Source: a virus
Virus record (IMG/VR): IMGVR_UViG_3300037478_000520
Span: 1-64,000 of that record
Length of the DNA: 64,000 nt
Strand: one strand, 5' to 3'
This document shows positions 30,208 through 39,141 of the stretch, in pieces. The notes below the pieces were generated by a model. It was not told the origin of the DNA and did no database searches. It saw only the letters and a program-made list of their open reading frames with translations. The position numbers were made by a program, and so were the translations under genes. Positions within the stretch are counted from its first letter, which is position 1, and the number at the start of each line of letters is the position of its first letter.

Positions 30208-30959
30208 TCAAGAGCGAAGCAGTGCTAGAAGGATTTGTGCTGAGGGGCATCACGATTAATAGACCCTGGCCCTGGGCGATCCTGCACGCCGGCAAGCGTG
30301 TCGAGAACCGCGGGTGGCCGCCGCCGAAGTGGATGATCGGGCAATGGCTGGCGATCCACGCTGGGAAGACGTTCACGCCTGCCGCAGCGCGGCACATGGC
30401 GGCGGGCGAGATCGGCGGCAGCCTAGACGACTGCAGAGCGCTCCGCTGCCCACAGTCAGCGAGCGATCACCCGACGGGGATCGTCGCTGTTGCGCGGCTC
30501 GTCGGGAGCGTTGGGGCTGACACGATGAACATCCAGCAGACGGGGCAAGCCTCGTGGGCGTTCGGCCCGCACTGCTGGCAGCTCGACGATGTGCGCGAGC
30601 TGCCGGAGCCCATCCCGTGCCGCGGGCAGCAGGGGCTGTGGACGCTGCCGCTGGATATCGGTGTGCAAATCCAGCAGTACTTGGCCTTCCCCATTCAGTG
30701 GCCGTACTCTGACCGTGCCGCGCTGGAAGCCGCCGGCTGCCCACGTAGCGTGCCATGGGCCGCCGTTGCTCCTTTTCAGCGGCGCGCACTGTCAAGTCAC
30801 GGTCAGACTCTGGAAGGATTGGCCGATCGTGGCGGACTGGCGGTGTGGGAACTGGTGGCTCTCCTTCGAGATGCTCACTGGAGCACAACGATGGGCATGC
30901 CGATCGATGAAGCAGTGACCGCGATAAACTCGCTGATCGCGGCCCAGGAGGAGACATGA
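30204..30959 (+). CDS. ASCH-domain protein with extra C-terminal domain
   Basis: ITINRPWPWAILHAGKRVENR...LAIHAGK...GQQGLW. Confidence 0.85.
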   Translation: MIKSEAVLEGFVLRGITINRPWPWAILHAGKRVENRGWPPPKWMIGQWLAIHAGKTFTPAAARHMAAGEIGGSLDDCRALRCPQSASDHPTGIVAVARLVGSVGADTMNIQQTGQASWAFGPHCWQLDDVRELPEPIPCRGQQGLWTLPLDIGVQIQQYLAFPIQWPYSDRAALEAAGCPRSVPWAAVAPFQRRALSSHGQTLEGLADRGGLAVWELVALLRDAHWSTTMGMPIDEAVTAINSLIAAQEET

Positions 30960-31222
30960 ACAGCAAGATCGAACACCTGCAATCGCTCGTCGCCCAGTGC
31001 TGCGAACTCGCCTTCGAGGACGGCAGCGATGTCGTGAGCATCCGCCTGAATACGCGGGGCAAGCCGCTTGCGAGAGTTGAAGTTCAGGGGCCTCCAGCAA
31101 CGTACGGGTTGGTGTCGCACTGGAGCGCCGCTAGCCTGGACTACGCAATCCACATGGCGATCGCCGACGTCGACAAGCGGCTCGCGGAGCTGCGTGCGTT
31201 GGCCACGGGAGCGTTTACGTGA
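30956..31222 (+). CDS. hypothetical protein
   Basis: GGAGGAG RBS; coupled. Confidence 0.55.
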   Translation: MNSKIEHLQSLVAQCCELAFEDGSDVVSIRLNTRGKPLARVEVQGPPATYGLVSHWSAASLDYAIHMAIADVDKRLAELRALATGAFT

Positions 31223-31485
31223 GCGACGAGATCAAAACCGTTCCTTGGTACGACACGTTCACGGTGCTGCCCATTGAGGCACAGTGCCCGCGTGAGTACC
31301 ACGACAGTCCGATGAGGCACAGAATCGGGATGAGCCATTGTCGCGACGAGCGACGCCCATCCGAGCTCCAGCGTGTTCGGTGTCTATGCGGGATCGCTGG
31401 CCCATGGAGGGAGCGCCGGTCTGACGCGATCGCTGCGTACAACGAACTCTGGCCCCCCCATGACCCACCGAAAGGATGCCGATGA
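31219..31485 (+). CDS. small Lar-like zinc protein
   Basis: CP...VRC.CG..GP......AIAAYN. Confidence 0.45.
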   Translation: MSDEIKTVPWYDTFTVLPIEAQCPREYHDSPMRHRIGMSHCRDERRPSELQRVRCLCGIAGPWRERRSDAIAAYNELWPPHDPPKGCR

Positions 31486-31860
31486 CGACGCCAAGCGCTG
31501 ACAACCCGGATGGTCCCAAGCCCCTCCACACATTGGAGAGCTTCGCGGAGCACGTCCGCGCTACCGACCGCCGGCGACCCCGCCATGATGTCCAGCACCT
31601 TCCCGCGAGCGGGAGACCGCTGTCTATTCGCCGTGCCCAGCAGCGGCGATGGCTTCCTGACATGGTGCGACCAAGTCGTGCCGATCTTCGCGACCACGCC
31701 CGATCCGCTCCGATGCTCAGTACGAGTTCGACGACGGCTCGATCTACGTTGCACGTGACACAAAGCTGGTCGCTCCAATCGTCTACGTATCTCGCGGAAC
31801 GGTGGCGCGATTGAAGCTGTCGGGTCTTAGGGCGGAGTTGTCGAGAGGAGGCGGCGATCA

Positions 31861-32589
31861 GTGACCGATTTTCACCTCAGCAATCTGGACGTGATCGATT
31901 GCCTGCGCGCCTTGCCGGACGCGTCTGTAGATCTATTCATCACGGACCCTGCCTACGAGTCGCTCGAGAAGCATAGGGCGGTAGGCACGACAACGCGGCT
32001 GAAGTGCAGCGACGCTTCCAGCAATGAATGGTTTGCGATTTTCCCCAACGCGCGATTTCGTGTGCTGTTTCAAGAGGCGTGGCGGGTGCTGAAGCCGGAC
32101 ACGCACCTGTATCTGTTCGTCGACGCCGAGACGATGTTCGTGGCCAAGCCGATCGCGGAGGAGGTCGGCTTTCGGTTCTGGAAGCCAATCGTATGGGACA
32201 AATGCCGGATCGGGATGGGCTACCACTACCGTGCGCGCTACGAGTTCGTGCTCTTCTTCGAGAAGGGCGCTCGACGACTCAACGACCTAGGGATTTCCGA
32301 CATCATCGCTGCCCCGCGCATTCATCGTGGCTACCCGACCGAGAAGCCGCCGGAGGTGGCCGACGTTCTGATTCGTAACAGCAGCCAGCCTGGTGGACTC
32401 GTGATCGACCCATTCATGGGGTCCGGGTCAACGGGCGTCGCGGCGATGCGCAGCGGTAGACGGTTTCTCGGGAACGACGTTGCGGCGATGGCGCTCAGCA
32501 TCGCGCGCCCGAGGCTGGAAGAAGCAGGAGGCCGAGAGGTTCTGGTCAATGAATCCGTCAAGGGCCAGATATCGATGGGGATCAGATGA
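31861..32589 (+). CDS. N6-adenine/N4-cytosine DNA methyltransferase (beta class)
   Basis: ITDPAY catalytic motif, YPTEKP, DPFMGSGST SAM motif. Confidence 0.92.
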   Translation: MTDFHLSNLDVIDCLRALPDASVDLFITDPAYESLEKHRAVGTTTRLKCSDASSNEWFAIFPNARFRVLFQEAWRVLKPDTHLYLFVDAETMFVAKPIAEEVGFRFWKPIVWDKCRIGMGYHYRARYEFVLFFEKGARRLNDLGISDIIAAPRIHRGYPTEKPPEVADVLIRNSSQPGGLVIDPFMGSGSTGVAAMRSGRRFLGNDVAAMALSIARPRLEEAGGREVLVNESVKGQISMGIR

Positions 32590-33083
32590 AGGGAGATTTC
32601 GGAATGAAGCGCGTCTTTTGGGCAGTGCGGAACGATCGCGGCGAGTACGTGAGCCACGACGGGAGCTGTGGACCTGTGCCGTGCCTCTACTTCGATCGCG
32701 GAGTGGCGGAGATGGACGCCGAGCGGCTTGGCGGCATGGTCGACATGGTGGTCATGACGCCGCCGGACGTCGAGCCACAGCAAGCTACTGCAGCGGCGCC
32801 GAAGAAGCGTGCACCGGTGAAATGGAAAGACATCACAAGCTACTCGCAGAGTGAAAAGGATCGCACTCCGCGTACCTTCCAGTGGTGTCTCCCGCACTAC
32901 ATAAGGGTAACCGTGACACGACACCGTGACTACGACCCAGATGTTTGGCTATTGGGCGTGCCTGGGATCATAAATCAGAAGATTCTTTGCCGAGGCGACA
33001 ATCCGAACGAAGCACAGCGCCTTGCGGTTGACGATGTGACAGCCTTTTTTCAATCACTAGTCAACGCTTTGGTGGAGTCGTAA
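32586..33083 (+). CDS. hypothetical protein
   Basis: Coupled ORF. Confidence 0.55.
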   Translation: MKGDFGMKRVFWAVRNDRGEYVSHDGSCGPVPCLYFDRGVAEMDAERLGGMVDMVVMTPPDVEPQQATAAAPKKRAPVKWKDITSYSQSEKDRTPRTFQWCLPHYIRVTVTRHRDYDPDVWLLGVPGIINQKILCRGDNPNEAQRLAVDDVTAFFQSLVNALVES

Positions 33084-33145
33084 ACACGTCGTGGAGGGTG
33101 ACCATGCGCAGTGGTCGGGGTTGTCTGTGGACATGAGAGGATACG

Positions 33146-33574
33146 ATGGCAATTAAGAACATGGACGAGATGCTGATCGATGAACCCGACTACGAGGAGA
33201 CTCGTGAAGCCGTCCAGAGCTCGATCGGAAAGACGATCGTGGGCGCTGAAATAGACAGTGAGGCGAACGGTGGGCGCGGCGCTCTGGTGCTCCGACTTGC
33301 CGACGGCACCGTGATACACGTCTACGACTCTGTGGTGACGCAGCCTGGATCTCAGTTCTTGACGACCGACGACGATCTGACATGGCTTTGCGGTGGCAAA
33401 CTGCGATCGATTGAGGTCGAGGTGGGTCCAGATGAAACCGACGAAGACGGCTACACCCACGAAGTGGATTTCGTCCGCGTGGTCACGGACATCGGCGACG
33501 CCACGCTGGTCGCGCACAACGATCACCCTCCGTACTACGGGGGGATCACGATGTGCGCCAGGCTGGTTTCGTGA
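33146..33574 (+). CDS. acidic phage protein
   Basis: IGKTI...HN...YYGG C-terminal motif. Confidence 0.65.
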   Translation: MAIKNMDEMLIDEPDYEETREAVQSSIGKTIVGAEIDSEANGGRGALVLRLADGTVIHVYDSVVTQPGSQFLTTDDDLTWLCGGKLRSIEVEVGPDETDEDGYTHEVDFVRVVTDIGDATLVAHNDHPPYYGGITMCARLVS

Positions 33575-33939
33575 AAGTCGTGCTCGTAACAGGCTCGCGA
33601 GATTGGGGTGACGTGGACGCCGTGGTGGCTGCATTAAGCAAGGCGGATCCGGAGCTTCTTGTGCATGGAGCCTGCCCGTCTGGCGCTGACAGGATCGCTG
33701 CCGAGTGGGCAATCGATGCCAAGGTTCCGGCGCTGACATTCCCGGCGCTTTGGGGAGAGTGCGGCAAGGCAGCCGGGCCGATCAGGAATTCTGAGATGGT
33801 TGGTCTGCTTGACCTGCTACGGATCTATGGTCACGAAGTGGAGGTGCACGCGTTCCCGCGAGCGGGCAGCAACGGTACGCGCGACTGCATCGCGAAGGCG
33901 AAAGCGAAGCTCCTGCACGTGATCGTGCATGGCCGATGA
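33571..33939 (+). CDS. SLOG-family (YspA/DUF2493-like) protein
   Basis: VLVTGSRDW...VHGACPSGAD...AGPIRNSEM...GTRDC. Confidence 0.88.
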   Translation: MKVVLVTGSRDWGDVDAVVAALSKADPELLVHGACPSGADRIAAEWAIDAKVPALTFPALWGECGKAAGPIRNSEMVGLLDLLRIYGHEVEVHAFPRAGSNGTRDCIAKAKAKLLHVIVHGR

Positions 33940-34216
33940 GGTTAACCCAACCATGACAACCATCGAGACGATAGAGTTCGACGCTCGCAAGCACCACGGG
34001 ACCGCGTTGAAGGACAAAACTGGAGCGGTCTACATCACCGTGGCGCCCGGACCGTTCGACGTCGCGACGTGGTTATGGTGGTGGCTGGCGCCGTCCGACA
34101 AGCGAGTGTGGGTTCACCTGAGAACGGGTGACGGCCAGAAGGTAAGAGCGCGGGCCATTCGGATAGCGACGCGGCTGGTAACGATTGGCAAGGCTATCGA
34201 AGACGAGCCAAAATAG
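33929..34216 (+). CDS. hypothetical protein
   Basis: Coupled ORF. Confidence 0.5.
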   Translation: MADEVNPTMTTIETIEFDARKHHGTALKDKTGAVYITVAPGPFDVATWLWWWLAPSDKRVWVHLRTGDGQKVRARAIRIATRLVTIGKAIEDEPK

Positions 34217-34269
34217 GGTCTCGCCTGGTTGAATCCGGGCTCAATCAAGATCAGGAGAGGAAACAGGGA

Positions 34270-35019
34270 ATGCCAAAACTTCACGAAGTGCTAGCGATCG
34301 AGAAGGGCGAGCGTGCTCGCGTGCAAAAGTCGTTGACCGATCTTCACCGAGCTGCGTCCACGGAGGGCCTCTACAACGGGCTTGCTAGGACGTACAAGCC
34401 AGCCGTGGACGGCGGCGAGGAACTCCCGCCAGAGAGCCAGATCGTCCAGGTACGCGCCGTTGATGCCTTGCGAAAGGAAGCTGACCTGCTTGCACCTCTG
34501 TGGGACATCATCGCCGCAAAGGACTGGACGAACGCGAGCGGAGATGCCGTAGCCAACATTGTGGTAGACGGGGATGTGCTGATTGACGGAGTCCCCGTCT
34601 CGTACCTGCTGTGGCTTGGCAAGACGCTTGACGACGTGAGCACGTTCATCGCCAAGATTCCGACGCTCGATCCGTCGGAGAAGTGGCATTGGAACGGTGA
34701 TCAGAACTGCTATGCTACCGAGGTGGCGTTCACGAACCGGACCAAGAAGGTGCTTCGCAACCATACGAAGCACCCTGGTTCCGAGCACCACCCTCCGCAG
34801 GTCGAAACCTACACGGAGGACGAGGTGATTGGGAAGTTCGAGCGCATCCGGTATTCCGGAGCCCTACCCGCGGATCTCAAAGAGAAGCTAGTCGGTCGTG
34901 TTAGCGCACTCAAGAATGCCGTGGCGCAGGCCCGGGAGCGCGCAAACTCGGTGGAAGCACTTCGCCCAGAGGTTGGTCGCAAGGTGTTCGATTTTCTGCT
35001 GGAGCCCATCCAGCAGTAA
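34270..35019 (+). CDS. conserved uncharacterised protein (DUF7873-like)
   Basis: KLHEVLAIEKG, RTY.P....GE.LPPES, KDWTN, VPVSYLL.L.K, PTLDP, HPPQV, SGALP, ARERAN; family name recalled from memory. Confidence 0.8.
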   Translation: MPKLHEVLAIEKGERARVQKSLTDLHRAASTEGLYNGLARTYKPAVDGGEELPPESQIVQVRAVDALRKEADLLAPLWDIIAAKDWTNASGDAVANIVVDGDVLIDGVPVSYLLWLGKTLDDVSTFIAKIPTLDPSEKWHWNGDQNCYATEVAFTNRTKKVLRNHTKHPGSEHHPPQVETYTEDEVIGKFERIRYSGALPADLKEKLVGRVSALKNAVAQARERANSVEALRPEVGRKVFDFLLEPIQQ

Positions 35020-35023
35020 GGAT

Positions 35024-35462
35024 TTCCCGTCGGCGTGCTGGCGGGAGGAGACAAAGATCAAGCTGAAGAGGTGACGTTGAAAAAGACGCTGGGCTAACAA
35101 GCTCTTGCAGGTTCGAGTCCTGCCTCCTGCGCTGAAGTCTTGCGTGCATTGTCATGCGAGGGTTGAGCGCAGGGGTGGCGAAATGGCAAACGCGGCGTTC
35201 CATAAAACAAAAGCTATGTCTCCAAGCTCGATGACGATAGCGATTGCCATCTCTACCGACTTGCAACCCAAACTCCCAAGACGTCGGTTCGAATCCGACC
35301 CTGGTCGCCAATTTATGACCCGGTAGCTTAGCGGAAAAGCGTGGGTGCTCAATCTGAGGGGCGAGCGACCGTCGTTGGCATGTCGGATAGGCTATCGTCT
35401 CTGTCCTACAAGGCAGAGAAAAACTGGACGGGATCGGAAGGCTATCCGGTCCCGTCTTTTTT
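35024..35462 (+). ncRNA. structured RNA with two circularly permuted, anticodon-less tRNA-like domains
   Basis: T-arm, acceptor, D-arm order twice (35107-35199 and 35283-35346); long enclosing stems; ends in a rho-independent terminator. Confidence 0.8.
35427..35462 (+). terminator. rho-independent terminator
   Basis: GACGGGATCGGA-AGGCTA-TCCGGTCCCGTC followed by TTTTTT. Confidence 0.9.
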
Positions 35463-35587
35463 GATGGCGATACTTGCGCGGACGACTGGCTCGTAATACG
35501 TCTAGATGGATTCACGATGAACCATCGTTTTCCACGGACGGACAGCCCAGGACGACCGCGCGATTGAAGCGCGGAACCGTCGCTGTC

Positions 35588-35662
35588 CGCCGTGTGGGTC
35601 ATTGGGTGACCGCTCGTTTCGGGAACGAGATCAAGGCAGTTCGATTCTGTCCACGGCGACCA
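35588..35662 (+). tRNA. tRNA-Pro(CGG)
   Basis: Acceptor CGCCGTG/CACGGCG-A-CCA, D-arm GGTC/GACC, anticodon arm CTCGT-TTCGGGA-ACGAG, T-arm GGCAG-TTCGATT-CTGTC. Confidence 0.9.
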
Positions 35663-35664
35663 TC

Positions 35665-35946
35665 ATGAACTACGAACTACACGAATCCGAGGGCTGCGCG
35701 CCGATCAAGCTCTGGACGCGCGGGGTTCCAGTCGAAGGTGAGGCGCTGCGCCAGCTCGAGAACGTGGCGCGGCTGCCGATCATCCACAAGTGGGTGGCGG
35801 CCAACACGGTTGTGCACCTGGGCACCCTGGGCACGGGCATAGCTGCAGCCATGGCGCCGGCCGCGTCATGTCGCGCACGAAGGCGAAGAAGGTGTTCACG
35901 GTCGAAGACCACGCACTGGCAACTGCAGGTGTCGAGTGTCGCAAGG
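35665..35946 (+). pseudogene. rtcB: internally deleted rtcB RNA ligase (three fused segments)
   Basis: MNYEL...PIKLWTRGVPVE..A..QL, then HLGTLGTG, then (frameshifted) SCSHGAGRVMSR...GVECRK. Confidence 0.85.
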
Positions 35947-35999
35947 GACCAAACTCGTGAATCTGATCGTTGCTGGAGCGATCGAAGGCCCTCCCAAAA

Positions 36000-36338
36000 A
36001 TGGCTGACGAGGACCTGCCGATTCTTCGCCATGACGACATCGTTCCTGCGCGGGACGGTGCGCCGGTACAGGCCATCATCTGGCGAGGCGAAGCTGTGAC
36101 CGAACTAGCGTCCAAAACGAACATCGAGGTTGCGAGGCAGACGTACGCGGAGCCGGCCAAGTACAAGTACGCGATCCCGTCCGGATTCAGGTGGGCAGGG
36201 ACTACCATTCTTGGCGTCGGCACCTTGTGGGCGATCCACTCAAAGTCATCGAATATCTACGAGTTGGTTGCGGGGCTGGTCGCGTCGGCTGTACTGGTCG
36301 GGATCTACAGATTTGTATTCGATGCGAAACGTGGATAG
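36000..36338 (+). CDS. two-TM membrane protein (cargo of an older IS relic)
   Basis: Two hydrophobic helices; converges on a transposase 3' remnant. Confidence 0.5.
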   Translation: MADEDLPILRHDDIVPARDGAPVQAIIWRGEAVTELASKTNIEVARQTYAEPAKYKYAIPSGFRWAGTTILGVGTLWAIHSKSSNIYELVAGLVASAVLVGIYRFVFDAKRG

Positions 36339-36429
36339 CTATCTCCGCCCGGACTTCGAGCCCCACGCGGCAACCTCGGACTCGGGGATCAGCGCTAGCA
36401 GGTCTTCGATCGCCCAGACGCGATCGGTC
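36339..36429 (-). pseudogene. 3' end of a second IS1-family transposase
   Basis: TDRVWAIEDLLALIPE..AAWGSKS matches the C-terminus of 38169..39035. Confidence 0.75.
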
Positions 36430-37074
36430 GGTAGTGGGTCAGTTTGAATTTCGGACGTCCTGAAGCCGATCACAGCCGATAGCGCTTGTTTGCGTCCCGG
36501 AACGCCATAGCACCATCCTTCGCGATACGAAGGCGAATGAGTCTCTTCGACACCGTCCAGCACGATTGATTTCAGGGCGTCGGCGCCGTCGCGTAGTCCG
36601 CGGATGTAGTCCGGGTCTTGCGGTTGTTCGTCGCCATGGAGGCGCTCGCTCGCGCTGTAGACCCAGCCGCTCATGTACTGGTTGCGGCGCGACATCCTCT
36701 GATCGGTCGAGCCCATCGGGGGTGAGTCTATCGCAGTCCCACGCTTTCTACCTGCACGGAGGACGCTGCGAAGACTCCGGCGTCCAGGCCCGTAGTTGAG
36801 GTCCCGGACCAAGTTGGGCATGCTGCGGTGGTCGAGGACGGACATGGCTAGGTGAAACCTGGTGTGACAAGGCAAGGAATGGCTCGTGGCCACCGGCGGG
36901 CAATCGCTGGTGGCCTTTTCATTCTGCATGACGTCGCTCACGGCTGGGCGGCCCTCGCAGACTGACGCCGACCCCACACTGGCCGAGTCCCTCGTTCCTG
37001 GCTTGGCACGTAACTTGCTTGCTTATGCCGGCGAGAGGATCGCGGTAAATGAGTTACGGCGTAACCATGTTGTC

Positions 37075-37557
37075 ATGCAGGGTCAAATCGGAGAGCATTC
37101 GAGCCCGATGGGGGATTCGCGCGGGGATAGAGAGAGGCCGGCGGCGGTGTCCGGAGGTGCCGCAAGCCCGGAGCCCGTTGCCGCCTTTTCCGGAAGGGTC
37201 GAGGTTGAACGGGGCCATTACAAGGGATGGGTTTCCTTTCGGGGTGGCGCTCTGCTTACCGGCGTCCTCGGCGGGGCCGGAGCGCTGTGGCTTGCGGCCA
37301 CAGAACTGGACCCATTCAACAATCCAGCGCACTTTGTCGTCGCAATGATTGCCTGCTTTGCGGTTGGACTCGGGCTTCAAGCTGCCGTTAGTCACGGCAG
37401 GCTACACGACGCGCTTCAAGAGAAGGACAACTATCGAAAAGAGATGGAGAAGCTTGCGCAACGAAACCGCGACCTCGAAGAGCGCTTACTTCATCACAGA
37501 CTGTCGAGCATCCCAGCACTCCAGAACACGCAAAAACGCAAGCGAGGTAGGCGATGA
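37075..37557 (+). CDS. two-TM plus coiled-coil cargo protein
   Basis: Two TM helices, then a coiled coil. Confidence 0.55.
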   Translation: MQGQIGEHSSPMGDSRGDRERPAAVSGGAASPEPVAAFSGRVEVERGHYKGWVSFRGGALLTGVLGGAGALWLAATELDPFNNPAHFVVAMIACFAVGLGLQAAVSHGRLHDALQEKDNYRKEMEKLAQRNRDLEERLLHHRLSSIPALQNTQKRKRGRR

Positions 37558-38162
37558 CCATGTTCTATGAGTCTCTGTCTGTCGCCGGATGTGTGATCGC
37601 GATCGGATCGGTCGTGGCGTACAACAGGTCCGTTTGGCGCGAACTCGACCTGGCGCGCCGAGAGACTTCTCGTTTCCCCTTGTTCGCTGCGAGATCACAT
37701 CTCGTACGCATGATCGCTACCGGCAAGATGAGGGAGGACAACCGCGCTTGGCGCGACATGTATGAGACGGTCAATTTCCTTCTGGACATGCACCAGCGAC
37801 TACACCTCCTCGACTTCGTATCCAGGTACATTAGATTCGCGCTCTCCGTACAGCGTGATAGCGACCATCGGCAGCGAGTCGAAGAGGCTAAGTTGATTGC
37901 GGACGAGGCCGAAAAAGTTGTTCCCGAATTTGCGGCGATTCGAGAAGAGGTTGCATCCGCATTTGTCTTCATGACGAAGAAGAGAACAAGCCGATTTCAC
38001 CTCATGGCTGTATACGCGCTGGCAGCGACCCTCAGAATTGCGGCGACTGCCGCGAAAGCAGGTGTCGGTCCCGCTTTTGAGGTTGCGCGGATCGTACATT
38101 CGTCTCGCGTCGGCGTATCTACTGACCAGCTACAGGTGTGGCGCGGCGACTGCGCCGCCTGA
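37554..38162 (+). CDS. membrane-anchored cargo protein
   Basis: N-terminal TM; ATGA-coupled to the upstream gene. Confidence 0.6.
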   Translation: MTMFYESLSVAGCVIAIGSVVAYNRSVWRELDLARRETSRFPLFAARSHLVRMIATGKMREDNRAWRDMYETVNFLLDMHQRLHLLDFVSRYIRFALSVQRDSDHRQRVEEAKLIADEAEKVVPEFAAIREEVASAFVFMTKKRTSRFHLMAVYALAATLRIAATAAKAGVGPAFEVARIVHSSRVGVSTDQLQVWRGDCAA

Positions 38163-38168
38163 GCGTCA

Positions 38169-39035
38169 TCAAACAGAACGCGACTTCGATCCCCTCGCGG
38201 CGCGCTCCGGCTCCGGGATCAGCGCGAGCAAGTCATCGATCGCCCATACGTGATCGGCCAGTCCGGCTTCCATGGCCGGCGTCACGCGCAGCGTCTGGTG
38301 AACGCGGCAGAAGTTGTAGAACATGAAGTGCAACGACACCGCGTGCTCCAGGTTTTCGAGCTTCTTGCTGAACGCGTTCGTGAGGCGCGTGAACCGACGC
38401 ATGGCCATGCGCATCGTCAAGTTCTGGCGCTCGACGTAGCTGGTTGAGACGTGTTCGGTCTTCGGGCAGCCGGTGATCGGCTTCTTGCTGATCCCGGTGC
38501 ACGCCGCGGGGCTGTAGCGGCCCGCTCCGGCGTCCACCTCGCCGTACTGCTTGACCAGCATGGCGTAGTCGATCTCGCCCGCGAACGCGGCGTCTACGGC
38601 GGCCAGGTAGGGCTTGTGGCCGTCCGTAGTGAGCTGAACGCGGTTCGACAGACGGGCGGCCACGTCCTGCATGAACTCCCACGCGTAGCCGGCATCTCGC
38701 TGCCCGATCAGATACGAGATGACCAGCTTGCTGTCCGCGTCGATCGCGGTCCACGTCCACATGGAGCCCTTCTCGCCGGTCGCCTTTTCGGACTCGCTCA
38801 GGTTCTTGTCCTTGGCGTACACGAAAGACCAAATCTCGTCGCACTGCACCCGCTTGGCCGTCACGCCGCGCACATGATCGTCGTGGTATGCACGGCAGGC
38901 GGCGCCCAGGTCGCGCAAGAGCTTGGTCACGGTGTTCTTGGACACGCCGACGATCCGCGTGGTCGCGCGGAGGGAATTCCCGTCCACCAGGCAGCGAACG
39001 ATCTGCGCGCGGGTCTTCATGTCCAACCGGTTCAT
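38169..39035 (-). CDS. IS1-family DDE transposase
   Basis: N-terminal HTH, QCDEIWSFV, LTTDG, TSYVERQNLTMR, TPAMEAG. Confidence 0.92.
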   Translation of the reverse strand: MNRLDMKTRAQIVRCLVDGNSLRATTRIVGVSKNTVTKLLRDLGAACRAYHDDHVRGVTAKRVQCDEIWSFVYAKDKNLSESEKATGEKGSMWTWTAIDADSKLVISYLIGQRDAGYAWEFMQDVAARLSNRVQLTTDGHKPYLAAVDAAFAGEIDYAMLVKQYGEVDAGAGRYSPAACTGISKKPITGCPKTEHVSTSYVERQNLTMRMAMRRFTRLTNAFSKKLENLEHAVSLHFMFYNFCRVHQTLRVTPAMEAGLADHVWAIDDLLALIPEPERAARGSKSRSV

Positions 39036-39065
39036 GTTGACCATTATGCTTGAATGGTCATGCAT

Positions 39066-39097
39066 ATGCAAGCACATTCTATTGCATGTGCTTGCAT
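39066..39097. promoter_or_regulatory. inverted repeat overlapping the divergent tnp/P63C promoter region
   Basis: ATGCAAGCACAT-N8-ATGTGCTTGCAT; TTGCAT-N16-TAGAAT. Confidence 0.5.
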
Positions 39098-39141
39098 TAT
39101 CCCCGCCCGCCGTTAGAATGGAGCAGGAGGCAAAGCTTGCA

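Noticed and set aside
35169-35310. A single intron-containing tRNA made of the module 1 5' half and the module 2 3' half
   Set aside because: Acceptor strands GCAGGGG and CCTGGTC do not pair, whereas the permuted pairings do.
35024-35462. Two-piece tmRNA
   Set aside because: No G3-U70 alanine identity, no tag reading frame seen, and two tRNA-like modules rather than one.
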